Positions 12,179-23,808 of a stretch of DNA of 64,000 nucleotides are shown piece by piece. Location: NCBI GenBank assembly GCA_030390025.1, contig CM059432.1, positions 58,468,001-58,532,000 on the forward strand, in the 5' to 3' direction. Position 1 is the stretch's first letter. Each line of letters starts with the position of its first letter. The notes beneath the pieces are model-generated. The model did no database searches. It was not told the DNA's origin and saw only the letters and a program-made list of their open reading frames with translations. Made by a program: the position numbers and the translations under genes. This DNA is from Squalus acanthias (taxonomy: Eukaryota).

Positions 12179-13307
12179 TCAGGGGGACCGGAGTCTGATG
12201 ATGCGCTCACAGACAGCCTGTCTGGAACGTGGATGTGCAGGCTGCCTCCTCCCTTTCTCTTCCTCCTCCTCCTCCTGCTCCTCCTGAATTGATCGCGTAA
12301 CTCGTGGTGGCAAGGGCTGCGCCCTCATGATAGCCAAGTTGTGGAGGATGCAGCAGACCACCATGAATTGGGACACCCGCTCCGGCAAGTACTGGAGGGC
12401 TCCTCCCAAGCGGTCAAGGCAGCAGAACCATTGCTTTAGCACCCCAATGGTCTGCACAATGACGTTCCTCGGGGCAGCATGGTTCTCATTATATGAGTGC
12501 TGCCCATGAGTAGTGGGGTTGCAGAGGGGAGTCATCGGCCAGGTGAAGAACGATAGCCCTGGTCACTGAGCAGCCACCTTCTGGTTCGACGTGGTGGCTG
12601 GAAGATTGATGGCACTGCGGACTGGCACAGGATAAATACATCATGACTGCTGCCAGGATAGCAGTCATTCACCATCCTGATGTACTGGGCATCGTCGAAC
12701 ACCAGCTGCACATTAAGTGAGTGGAAGCCTTTGTGGTTACAGTACATCTCACCATTGAGATGCGGTGCCCGCAAAACCATGAGTGTGCATTCGATGGCAC
12801 CCTGCACCATGGGGAAGTCCAATATCTTGGCAAATGTGCGTGCTCCTCCTGCTTCCCTCTGTTTAGAGAGAAGACAATGAAGTCCCCTCTCCTAGAGTAC
12901 AGAGCCTCTGAGATCTCCCGGTTGCAGCGATGGATTGGGAACGGCGAGATGTTTGCTACGTCACTTGTTCCAGTCTGGAAAGATCCGCTGCCGAAAAAAC
13001 TCAGGGCCACGGTCACATTGAGGGCCACTGGCAGTGCTATCGTTGCCCTGCTCTGAAGCTGTAGGTCTGGTTCCAAGAGGTGACAAAGTTCTGTGACCAC
13101 CTCCTTGGTAAAGTGGAGCCGCCGAACACAGTGCTCCTGGCTTAAGTGCAGGTAGGAGAAGTGCTCCCTGAAGACCCTAGGTGGGTAAGGCCTCCTGCTG
13201 ACAACCCTCCTCCTCCTCCATCTGTGAGCAACTTGTCTTCTTTGCTGCCTCTGCTCCGTCTCCCTGTCATGCTGCAGTGTAAGTGTGACTGCAAGTAGAG
13301 CCCCCAT
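12179..13307 (-). pseudogene. Harbinger transposase, frameshifted
   Basis: ORFs 12669-13319, 12532-12822, 12179-12535; [33 protein letters not shown], poly-E tail. Confidence 0.92.
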
Positions 13308-14032
13308 GATGGGGAGCAAGTGGTGTACTCAGAGGCCTTCCAGTAGCAGCCAACACCTTCCCAACTTCCAGCAGCACTCCCTGCACACCTTACGAACTTT
13401 TCAAATCTCATCCAGCAACCCAGTACTCCTACAAACTCTGCAAGAGCCAGAACATAGCAATAAGCACCTAAACTGCAAGTTGGATCAATCGCTTTAAGCA
13501 GTGCTGGTGAGGGGTGTCCCTCGTGCAGCACAACACATGTTCAGCTGCGTGTGTTTAGAGAGGGTGTTGAATGGAGCGACAAGGTTGAAAATGGCAGGAT
13601 GTGCATCAAATCAGTGTCATACGCTGACTGACGTCACGATCTGCCTACACTGCATACTGCCAGCGCATGCATGTACCACCTGCGTTATCGCCCTCACCAG
13701 GAAGGCGTTCAGCGCAGGCCGTGCCACAAGTGAGGCAGGCGCCATTTTACATTCAAAACCAGCCAAAACTACCGGCGCTACGGAGCCAAATTTCACGGCC
13801 AGCATGTCTATACTTGATTTGAGTGGCTTGGCTCCTCCCACAAGCAAACTGCCCAACTAATTGTGCAACATTGCATCGAGTTAAGCTAACACATGATTTC
13901 TGTGAACAAAACTGATTTTAACCCCATAAAAACTGACATAATTAAAGAAGCCACACACCTCTCCCCAACAAAATGCCATATCTTCAAATGTGTATACAGC
14001 ACTCTGATATAACAACTACACAAAGAGACAAT

Positions 14033-14794
14033 GGCCCAAAAATTCGGCCGAATACGGGAGAGTACCCGCGGCGTACTCACCCGTATTCGGTCCCAAAGTG
14101 CCGGTTTCCTGCATGCACTGCGCATGCGCGGGAAACCGGCACTTCCGGTATGGCGAAGGGGGCGGTTCCTAGGTGAACCGCGTGCACACTAGAGGCTGTG
14201 CGCACGCAGCACACTTAGGTTTTTTTTCAGGTTTGAACACGAAGGTAAGTATGGAAGATTTTACACATGAAAAAAGGAGGCGTAAGACCCCCTTTTAACA
14301 AGGTAAGTAGTTAATTAAGTATTATTTTAAATTTTTTTCAACAGGTTTATCTTTTTTAGAGACTTTAAAGAAAGGTAAGTTTATTTTTATAACTTTTAAA
14401 AAGAATTTAAAAAATTTCAAATTTAAATTTTTGTTTAAAGTGGTTAATTTATTTAACTATAGTTATTTTATAAATGTGATGGTTTTTTTTTAAATTTATT
14501 TGAGGTTTAGCTGTTCTTTTGGGGACAATTTGTATTCATAAATTTGACAGTTCTCCTGTCAAATCTATGAATGAAAGATGGTGTGCTGCCATTGGCTCTC
14601 CATGGCCCACGTGATGCCAGAGGTCGCATCGCACTAACTGCGCCCCTGGGACACGCACACACTGTGTGCCGGCACTATGGAGAGGCCCAGGACCCGAAGT
14701 TCGTGTGGGCCCGAAACACAACGGCAGACGCGGTAGGTAAGATCGCGCGCGATCCTTACCCCCGCGGCAAGCCTCCGAGTCAAATTTCTGGGCC
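14033..14794 (+). mobile_element. Harbinger-type MITE, AT-core family, copy 1
   Basis: TIR GGCCCAAAAATT/AATTTCTGGGCC; AAT TSD; homologous to 30226-30967 and 57453-58219. Confidence 0.9.
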
Positions 14795-14877
14795 AATATA
14801 CTAATACATGCTTCTGCAAATATCATGCAAATAATTTAAACAGTAACTCAATCAATTATTCTGAAAAGTGACTTCAC

Positions 14878-16783
14878 AATATCCTTTACAATGCATCCTC
14901 TGAAAGCAAGTCAGTTTAACGTCGGTGATGGGGAAACTTTTAGAAACAATAAGCCGGGAGAAAATTAACAGCCACTTGGACAAGCATGGACTAATAAAGG
15001 AGAGCCAGCATGGATTTGTTAAGGACAAATCGTGTTTGACTAACTTGAATGAGTTTTTGATGAGGTAACAGAGAGGGTGGGTGAGGGCAGTGCGGTTGAT
15101 GTTGTGTATATGGACTTTCAAAAGGCATTTGATAAAGTACCACAGACTAGGCTTGTTAGCAAAATTGAAGCCCATGGGATAAAAGGGGCAGTAGCAGCAT
15201 GGATACAACATTGGCTAAGGGATAGAAAACAGTGAGCTGTGGTGAATGGCTGTTTTTTGAACTGGAGGGAGGTGTGGCATTCCCCAACATTCAGTACTAG
15301 GACTACTGCTGTACATTAATGACTTGGACTTGGGGGTACAGGGCACAGTTTTGAAGTTTGCAGATGACACAAAACTTGAAAGTGTAGTAAACAGTGAGGA
15401 AGATAGTAATAGACTTCAAGAAGGCATAGACAGGCTGGTGGCATGGGCAGACACATGGCAGATGAAAATCAATGCAGAGAAGTGTGAGTTGATACATTTT
15501 AGTAGGAAAAATTAGGAGAGACCATATACAATGGTACAATTTTAAAGGGGGTGCAAGAACAGAGAGACCTGGGGATGTTTGTGCACAAATCTTTGAAGGT
15601 GACAGGACAGGTTAACAAAGCGGTTAAAAAAGCATATGGGATCCTGGGCTTTATGAATAGAGGCATAGAATACAAAAGCCAGGAATTTATGCTAAACCTT
15701 TATAAAACACTAGTTCGGCCCTAGTTGGAGTACTGAGTCCAATTCTTGGCACCACACTTTCAAAAGGGCGTGAAGGCTTTGGAGAGGGTACAGAAGAGAT
15801 TTACTAGAATGGTTCCAGAGTTGAAGGATTACAGTTACGTGGATAGACTGGAGAAGCTGGGGTTGTTGTCCTTGGAGCAGAGAAGGCTAAGAGGAGATTT
15901 GATAGAGGTGTTTAAAGTCATGAAGGGTTTAGATAGAGTAAATAGAGAGAAACTCTTTCCATGGCTGAAGGGTTGATAACCAGAGGACACAGAGTTAAGG
16001 TAATTGGCAAAAGAACCAGTGGCGACATGAGGTAAAACTTTTTACGCAGTGAGTGGTTGGGATTTGGAATGCACTGCCACAAACGGTGGTGGATACAGAT
16101 TCAATAGTGGTCTTCAAAAGGGAATTGGATAAATACTTGAAGGAGAAAAAATTGCAGCGATATGGGAAACGAGCAGGGGAGTGGGACTAACTGGATTGCT
16201 TTTTGAAAGAGCCGCGCAGACTCAAAGGGCCAAATGGTCTCCTTCTGTGCTGTACTATCCTATGATTCTATGAAGTCAGTAATCAAGGGAATGCAGTTCT
16301 TTGGTTGAATTACACAGCTGCAGGCAACCTTGTTGCTCTTCTGTTTCAGCTACTGAGTTGAAAGTCATTAACACAGGATCAAAGAACTGCAAGTCTGTAA
16401 GTAGGACAAGAAAATTGATACATTGTTAAGGGATTTATATCTATCACATTAATGAAGACATTTCTATGTTAACCTTTTTTTAAGTTAATGACCAGTCTTT
16501 TCCTCTGCCTTTAAATGATTGGCAATCCCTTACCATCATGACACGGCTGGTTTAAAGCATGACCTCCATTTTAAATTGTCGACAGCAGCTGAGGCCTCGA
16601 GAGTAACCTCAATCAGGGCAGACAGACAACATATTGTCAAATACCAAGGAAGTGTAACCTGAATTTTGAGTGAAGTAGATTATTGAGTCACAGTGATCTG
16701 TATAGCTGCAGATTATGCTTTCTCTTTTGACTGTCTGCAGAAGTTTGGAGAATCAAGTCACCTTTCCTAAGGCCCCACAACAC
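14878..16783 (+). repeat. Duplicated segment, copy 1, left part (interrupted by CR1 14916-16272); paralog of ~34422-35050
   Basis: 16350-16710 nearly identical to 34601-34965; flanks of the CR1 are contiguous in the paralog. Confidence 0.9.
14916..16272 (+). mobile_element. 5'-truncated, decayed CR1 LINE
   Basis: RT fragments (KFADDTKL, RRLRGDLIEVFK); CTATGATT tail; 8-bp TSD AAGTCAGT (14908-14915/16273-16280); empty site at ~34450. Confidence 0.93.
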
Positions 16784-17314
16784 TTAGGGGGCGGTTTTCC
16801 CAGCCCTGAGGAGGCGGGTTTGGAGTCGGGACAGTTCGTAAAATAGCAAAATGTGAGTGCGGGTTCGGAACCCGCCTCCAACCCTCCTCCGCGCAACGTT
16901 GCCGGAGGCAGGCTTCAGGAGTGCGATTCGGTCCCGCCTCCAAGAGGCGGGATAGGCAGTTAAGATCCTTAACAAGCCCCTAAGGGCCTCTGTAATCCTA
17001 TTTTGCCAGGCCTTTGTTATTTTTGCCACATTTTCAGCGTGTTGCACGCCGCTCCTAAATCACGCCAGCTAATCCTGGCGGGTTGACAAGTGGTTGGCCT
17101 CCTCACAGCTGCAGCTCGACCATAAAAACGAAGCTTTCAACAGGGATCAGTTGGAGGTGGCAGAACTTTTTCCCCACAGATCTTTGAGCACTTTTTCCAG
17201 GCCTACTGAAGTCGGAGGTGGTGCAGCTGAGATATATATACTTTGGGACCTCCTGGGAGAACCCTCTCCCTACTTAGACTGAGCGCTTCCCCAACGGAGG
17301 TATCTGCCAGCAGC

Positions 17315-18541
17315 ATGGGAAACATTTATTTCCTTTCATCATGGACCTCCGATTCGGACGAGGAGCAGCCACGGCAGCAGCAGAACCAGGCAGAACAGCA
17401 GCAACAGCAGCAGGAGCGCCAACCTGCTGCTCACCCACCTGATGCTGCACAGGGCAGAAGGCACCAGTGCATGGCAGCACGTCGCCGCAGGAGATACCCT
17501 CCTCTCAGGGTTTACAGACAGAGGATGGGCTTCCTCAACATGAGTGAGCAGCAGTGCCAAAGGAGGCTGAGACTTTCGCGAGAGGTTGTCGGAGACATCT
17601 GCGCAATGCTGCACCAAAACCTGGAGCTCAGAGGATCCGGTGGACACCCCTTACCAGTGGCTGTCAAAGTCACCACCGCAGTCAACTTTTTTGCTTCAGG
17701 CTCCTTCCAGGGATCATCAGCAGACATCAGCGGCATCTCCCAGTCGGCCGCCCACAGTTGCATCACGCAGTTTACCGATGCCCTCTTCAGAAAGGCGCAC
17801 AATTACATCAACTTTTCAACTGATGAAGCAAGTATAACCGTGCGTGCGGTTGGATTTGCAAATATGGCAGGCTTGCCAATGGTGCAGGGCGTCGTAGACT
17901 GCACACATGTGGCCCTTAGGGCACCTCATCACAACCCAGCTATTTTTGTCAACCGCAAGGGCTTCCACTCCCTCAATGTACAGCTGGTGTGTAACCACAA
18001 GAAGGAGATTTCGCATGTTTGCGCCAAGTACTGTGGCAGTTGCCATGACTCGTTCATCCTGCGGCAGTCTAGTGTGCCTCCGCTCTTCAATCCGCCAAAC
18101 CAACTAAACGGATGGCTCCTTGGAGACAAGGGCTACCCACTGAAGAAGTGGCTAATGACGCCGATAAGGAGGCCATCGAACGAAGCTGAGGAGCGCTACA
18201 ATGCCAGCCACATTTTGACCAGGTCCATCATCGAACAAACCATCGGCTTGCTGAAGATGCGATTCAGATGCCTTGACGGATCAGGTGGAGCCCTGCAGTA
18301 CTCAACAGCCAGGGTCTCCAGAATGGTCGTGGTCTGCTGTGCGCTGCACAACATCGCACAGCATCGTGGCTTGCAGCTTCCTGAGGAGCAAGTGGCTCAG
18401 TACATAGCCTCCTCAGATGAAGAGGAGGAGGAGGAGAATGATGACCGAGCGGAGGCGCATCAACTAGCAGCAGCAGCAGCACGCGAGCACATTGCTGGCC
18501 GGAATGCAAGGGATGCACTCATCTTGGCCAGATTTGCTTAG
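17315..18541 (+). CDS. Intact Harbinger (HARBI1-like) DDE transposase, 408 aa from the first ATG
   Basis: Single open frame with [56 protein letters not shown]-terminal poly-Q/Arg stretch and C-terminal acidic tract. Confidence 0.93.
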   Translation: MGNIYFLSSWTSDSDEEQPRQQQNQAEQQQQQQERQPAAHPPDAAQGRRHQCMAARRRRRYPPLRVYRQRMGFLNMSEQQCQRRLRLSREVVGDICAMLHQNLELRGSGGHPLPVAVKVTTAVNFFASGSFQGSSADISGISQSAAHSCITQFTDALFRKAHNYINFSTDEASITVRAVGFANMAGLPMVQGVVDCTHVALRAPHHNPAIFVNRKGFHSLNVQLVCNHKKEISHVCAKYCGSCHDSFILRQSSVPPLFNPPNQLNGWLLGDKGYPLKKWLMTPIRRPSNEAEERYNASHILTRSIIEQTIGLLKMRFRCLDGSGGALQYSTARVSRMVVVCCALHNIAQHRGLQLPEEQVAQYIASSDEEEEEENDDRAEAHQLAAAAAREHIAGRNARDALILARFA

Positions 18542-18796
18542 GCTGTCCATTCTAGCACATGTGCTTGGCTCCTTCTTAGCACAAGATAGACAGTGGACAT
18601 GACTCTCTGGCTTCCTCTCACTCTGACCACCAACCTGACCAAGCCAGTCTCGCTGAGGCCGCAATGTGGAGCTTCCAAAATCGAAATCACAGAGGCCATA
18701 ACGTCAACAGTTTGCCATCACCAGAGTTTAATACATTCACAAAGGGATGGCATTTAATCATTAAACACAAAAAAACCCAAGTGACTGCCCGTGTGA

Positions 18797-20727
18797 CTAC
18801 TTGTGCTTTATCTTCCTCTTATGCGTGCTCCTACGTGGTGCTTCCCCTGTGGCTTCAGCAGAAGTGGAGGCCCCTTGCTTACTTTCATGCTGCTCCTGCT
18901 TCAACACTTTTGGCGGGCGTCCTCTGGGTTTGCGAGCCTGTGAGGGCTCGCCAAAAGTCTGCTCCTCCTGCGGCTGTGCAGGGGCTGAGACGCCCATCTC
19001 CGTTGGGTGAGGACTCTGGTGGGACTCTGACCGAGGGCAATGCAGTGGCATGGAAGTGTGAGCGCTTGGAGAGGAGCCCCCACTTCCTTGTTCTCTGCCA
19101 CCAACATACCTCTCATGGGTCAGCCCCACCCAAATGGCTTGTGAGCACCTTGCTGCACATCAGGGGGGCCATGAGGACCCGTCTCTGCACTGGCAGTCCT
19201 ACTGCTGAGGACTTCCATGAAGCTCTGGTCTCTCTGATCAATAGCTGGCCATCGCTCCTCCAGAGATGTCAGTCTATTCTGAACATTGACCATGTTTTCA
19301 ACACTCTGGCGACTTATCTCCTCCATGGCCCTGGCCATCGTCTGCAGAGAGGCAGCCATCGATACCACAGAGGTAGCCAACCTTTCCGAGGAGATGCGCT
19401 CATGCGCCAATGACTCCACAAAGGCTCTGCTCATATTCAAGTTGGACTCTTCCATCCTCTCCACACACGCAGTGACCCTGTATACAAAACCTGCCAGAGA
19501 CCCCTGCACCTGTTCCTGGAGTTCCAGCACCGCTCTCCTTCTGGATGGACCCGGAGGGACAGGGTCCACGTGCAGCTGAGCCGAGCTAGGAGAGTCCTGC
19601 GACCTCCGACGAGGACTCTCCACTGCTGTCCCTGTCTCCACCACCTGCTGATGCTCACCTGTGAGCTGTGATACACCAGGTGACAACACTACTCTATGTC
19701 CCGAAGGTCCCACCGAGGTGTGCGTATCTGCGCTGGTGCTGGGTGCGCTTACATCTGCTGACGCTGCGCCCTCAGAGGTTGCAGGTTCCTCTGAGGAGTC
19801 TTCCGCCTCAGGCTCTTCCTCCTGGACAGTGGGGAGGGGGGCTGTCGATGGTCTTGTGGGGGAGTAAAGGAATGAGTTAGACATGTTACGGTAGTGTGGC
19901 ATGCACATGCAATAGCGCAGATGATCAATTGCCATTCTATAAATATACATCAGCAGCCATTTAAGTGACTCCTGCAATGTAAAAGAGAGAGATGCAAAAC
20001 TATTCTGTCACCAGCTTGCTCTGCTGTGCCCGTCTGACTGTCCCCCACTTCCACCTCCACCTCAGCGCCAACGATTTCCTGGGCCGCCTCTTCAGCATTG
20101 GTCAAATGGGCGAGGGAAGGTGGCCCTCCTCCAGTCTTCACCCTTTCCCTTTTATTGTGGGCTCTCTTTGCCTGCAATGAGGGAGACAAGTGGAGTTTGA
20201 GTGAGAATGATGGAGTGAGTGTAGAGAGTCCAGAGCATAGATGCTTAGAAGGAGACAAAGATGGAGTGAGGTTCTATTTCCAAGGGCCCTCCCTGTGTGT
20301 TGTTAGTCGTTGTCATTGCATAACATTGATAGGGAGTGTGAGGGCAGCATAGTCGAATAGTGAAGTGATTGTGTTCATAGAGTGAGAGGGATGGTTAAGG
20401 GTGCAAGGTTTGTAAGGGTAAAGTGGGATGAGTAGGAGGAGGTTGACAATGCAGAGTGCTGGTGATGAGAGGAGAAAGGGAGCAGAATGAGGGTCAAGCT
20501 GATGGTATACTCACTTTAGCTGATCTTACATTGAACCTCTTGCTGCACACAGATCTGGAGGTGTCATCCCGTGCCAGCTGCACCCGCACAGCCTTGGTTT
20601 GTGTGGGAGGCTTCTTCCTCCCAGATGAGGGGAAGAGCACCTCCTTGCTAGCTCTCACCCCCTCAACCAGAATACTCAGAGACTCACCTGAGAACCTCGG
20701 GGAGGCCTTGGCTCTCGAGTTGGCCAT
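18797..20727 (-). pseudogene. Harbinger Myb/SANT-like gene, 3 exons (20727-20515, 20171-20012, ~19853-18797), apparently defective
   Basis: SPRFSGESLSILVEGV...CSKRFN; 160-nt exon 2; exon 3 acceptor reads CCCACAA|GA versus CCCACAG|GC in element D. Confidence 0.8.
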
Positions 20728-21012
20728 CTCTTCTCAACGCAAAAGTTTCCAAGTTGTGCAGCATCCACAAAACAGCAGTGAAATGATCCAAGGCAGCAAG
20801 CAGCCCTTAAATGAAGCTGCATAAGTGATGTCAGCAGAGGCGCGTTTCAGTCCAAAAAGAGTCATTGGCCCAGGGGAACCCACATGCCCGGAGTTAATCG
20901 GGCAATTAGGGGAAAATCCCAACTTTTTCCCACCTGACAGTGAGAGGCAGGTTCGGCACCCGCCCACCCCCAAACCCGCTCCCAACCCGCCTCCAATGGG
21001 AAAATCATCCCC

Positions 21013-21287
21013 TTTGATAAGAATGCCAATGAGACTGTCCAGAGCTGCCAATATTGGATATGACACTCTAGCATAAAAGACTTCAATACAGGCAGTCATC
21101 CATTTTTATTTAAGTGAATATAAGGGCTAATTCACCAAGGGGGCATTAAACAGAGCATATTGTTGCAGTCTGGGAGCATATTTTACTAAATTGCATAAGT
21201 CGACCCAAGTACCCAATTGACAAAGCACGGAATTCAGAGAGTGAAACATTTTCGAACAATTTGGAGACCTCATACAGAGCATGCATG
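21013..21287 (+). repeat. Duplicated segment, copy 1, right part; paralog of 36469-36744
   Basis: Colinear similarity from ATGCCAATGAGA to CAGAGCATGCAT; visibly more diverged than the left part. Confidence 0.88.
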
Positions 21288-21417
21288 AGCCTTATTACAC
21301 TTCTTAAATCATTTAAGCATTAAACAGTACACATAAGTAGGCTTGTTTTAGTTAGTGTCACTCTGATGCAGCTGATTCACGCAACACAAATCAAATAAAT
21401 ATTCCTGTATTTTACAT

Positions 21418-23060
21418 TGCATTACATAAAATTACATAGGATATACGGCACAGAAACAGGCCATTCGGCCAAACCAGTTAATGCCGGCGTTTATGCTCCA
21501 CTCGAGACTCCTCCCGTCTTTCTTCATCTAAATCTATCAGCATAACCCTCTATTCCCTTCTCCCTCATATGCTTGTCTAGCCTCCCCTTAAATACTTTTC
21601 GCTTCAACCACTCCCTGTGGTAGCGACTTCCACATTCTCACCACTTTTTGGGTAAAGAAGTTTCTTCTGAATTCCCTTTTGGCCTCTAGTTATGCTCTTC
21701 CCCACAAGTGGAAACATTCTCTCTGTATCCACTCTATCAAAACCTCTCAGAATTTTAAAGACATCTAATAGGTCGCCCCTCAGCCTTCTTTTTTCAAGAG
21801 AAAAGAGACCCAGCCTGTTCATCCTTTCCTGATATGTATACCCTCGCATTTCTGGTATCATCCTTGTAAATCTTCTCTGCACCCTCTCCAGTGCCTCTAT
21901 ATCCTTTTTATAATATGGCGACCAGAACTGTACGCAGTACTCTAAGTGTGGTCTAACCAAGGTTCAATACAGGTTTAGCATAACTTCCCTACTTTTCAAT
22001 TCTATACCTCTAGAAATAAACCCTAGTGCTTGGTTTGCTTTTTTTATGGCCTTGCTAACCTGTGTCGCAACTTTTAGTGATTTGTGTATTTGTACTCCGA
22101 GATCCCTTTGTTCCTCTACCCCACCTAGACTCGCACCCTCCAAGTAATAGTGACCTCTCTATTCTTCCTACCAAAATGTAATACTCACATTTATCTGTGT
22201 TGAACTTCATTTGCCAATTACATGCCCATTCTGCAAGTTTATTAATGTCCTCCTGTAATTTGTTGCAGTTCTCCTCAGTATTAACTATCCCCCCCAATTT
22301 GGTGTCATCCACAAATTTAGAAATTGTGTTTTTGATTCCAAAGTCTAAATCGTTAATATAAATTGTGAACAACAGTGATCCCAGCAGTGATCCTTGTGGA
22401 ACACCACTACCCACCTTCTGCCATTGTGAATAGCTACCTTTTACCTCTACTCTCTGCTTTCTGTCTTGAAGCCAGCTAGCTATCCATTCTGCTCCTTGTC
22501 CCCTGACTCCACATTCTCTGACCTTGTTCATCAGTCTATTATGGGGTACCTTATCGAAGGCCTTTTGAAAATCTAGATAAATTACATCTACTGCATTACC
22601 ATTGTCTACTCTCTCTGTTACCTCTTCAAGAGATTCAATGAGGTTGGTCAAGCAAGACTTTCCCTTTTGAAATCCATGCTGACTATTCATTACTATGTTT
22701 TTGGTTTCTAGATGTTCTTCTATTTTCTCCTTTAGTAGGGGTTCCATTATTTTTCCTACCGCCGATGTTAAGCTGAGTGGTCTATAATTCCCTGGACATG
22801 TTCTATCCCCCTTCTTAAATATAGGTATTACGTCCTCTGGCACTACACCTTTTTCTAACGAATTATTAAATATGTGTAGTAATGCCTCTGCTATCTATTC
22901 CCTAAATTCTTTTAAAATGCGTGGGTGCAATCCATCCGGACCAGGGGTTTTATCCTCTTTGAGTTTGATTAGTTTATTTAATATATCCCCTCTTTTTATT
23001 TTAAATGCACTTATCTCATTACTAATCTCATCACCCAATGCCATGTCCACCTGTTCTATC
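21418..23060 (-). mobile_element. 5'-truncated CR1 LINE (second family; same 3' UTR type as 62858-63360)
   Basis: RT ORFs 22055-22843 and 21604-21960; 3' UTR and ATGTAA-type tail. Confidence 0.93.
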
Positions 23061-23307
23061 TATTTTATGCCTAGAAACATCTTAAGTTACAGGCAGACAT
23101 GTTGCTTGTTACAAAATCTATATAAAACTGCAGGTAACAATACACAACTCACTGGAAAGAGCGAATATAGCAGTTCAATATACAGAATTTAAAAAACAAC
23201 TTTTCAAGAAAATGATACTCGGTAATGTGTCCTGTAAATTATTAATCAAATTAAGCTGAGAACCAGTCTGCAAAGATAATTTCCTCCTTCGTAATCCTTT
23301 TTCACAG

Positions 23308-23520
23308 AGTCCATTGCCATGGCAATGGAGGGGAAAGTCAAAGGTAGGACAGCCTGTAGCTCTCAGACATCCCAGTATCAACAGCAATAAAGCTCAAATT
23401 GGATGTCTAGTTCTCAGTGCAGCCTGTGGGTCCTATGTTTGGTCTAGGTATCTTTCTCAATGGGATATTTGATACTATGGACTCAAATTCAGATGGCAGC
23501 ATTGCACCAATGGAACTGAG
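23308..23520 (+). CDS. Candidate host gene exons (23308-23343, 23448-23520) encoding an EF-hand
   Basis: TTTTTCACAG|36 nt|GTAGGA, 104-nt intron, TCTAG|73 nt|GTGGAG; phases compatible; spliced product xSIAMAMEGKVKGIFLNGIFDTMDSNSDGSIAPMELR with canonical D-x-N-x-D-G-x-I-x-x-x-E loop. Confidence 0.55.
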
Positions 23521-23808
23521 GTGGAGCAGGACTTCCACCAAACTCCAGGTCACGTCGTTGATCCAATTGCAAATTGTGGGGTCAGCTAATTTAAATGGTG
23601 TGAGGCATGCAGGCTTTCTAATTACAATCTGTAACACCTCAAACACATGCGGTAGGGAAGGTTGGAAAATAGTCCAGGTAAGGGTTAGGCACTAAATGAG
23701 TTATGGGGGGAGGGGAACGAGGGGGCAGTGCAGTGCAGAGAGGAGTGGGGATGGTAGAGGGAGAGGCAAAGACCTGGTGCAGTAGCAGGATATAAAAGCT
23801 ACCGCTGC

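Larger units (their letters stand above)
9665..13800. mobile_element. Harbinger element B (Myb +, transposase -), related to element A, opposite orientation
   Basis: Convergent gene pair; right end AAATTTCACGGCC; left end is a hairpin of TIR-like sequence. Confidence 0.88.
16787..21012. mobile_element. Harbinger element C, full length (~4.2 kb)
   Basis: TIRs GGGGGCGGTTTTCCC/GGGAAAATCATCCCC (12/15 match); TTA/TTT TSD; convergent transposase and Myb genes. Confidence 0.92.

Noticed and set aside
16689..16730. V(D)J recombination signal (CACAGTG, also at ~34940)
   Set aside because: No ACAAAAACC-like nonamer at a 12- or 23-bp spacing and no V/D/J segment nearby
17243..18541. Domesticated host gene HARBI1
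   Set aside because: It lies between TIRs with a TSD and a Myb partner and has several relatives in the window, so it is a transposon copy and no gene symbol is given
18664..19413. 249-aa plus-strand ORF downstream of the transposase
   Set aside because: Antisense shadow of Myb exon 3; no recognisable motif and not evident in sibling elements
21146..21286. 46-aa minus-strand ORF MHALYEVSK... shared with the paralog at ~36604-36744
   Set aside because: Differences between the copies are mostly nonsynonymous; shared start and stop are explained by duplication
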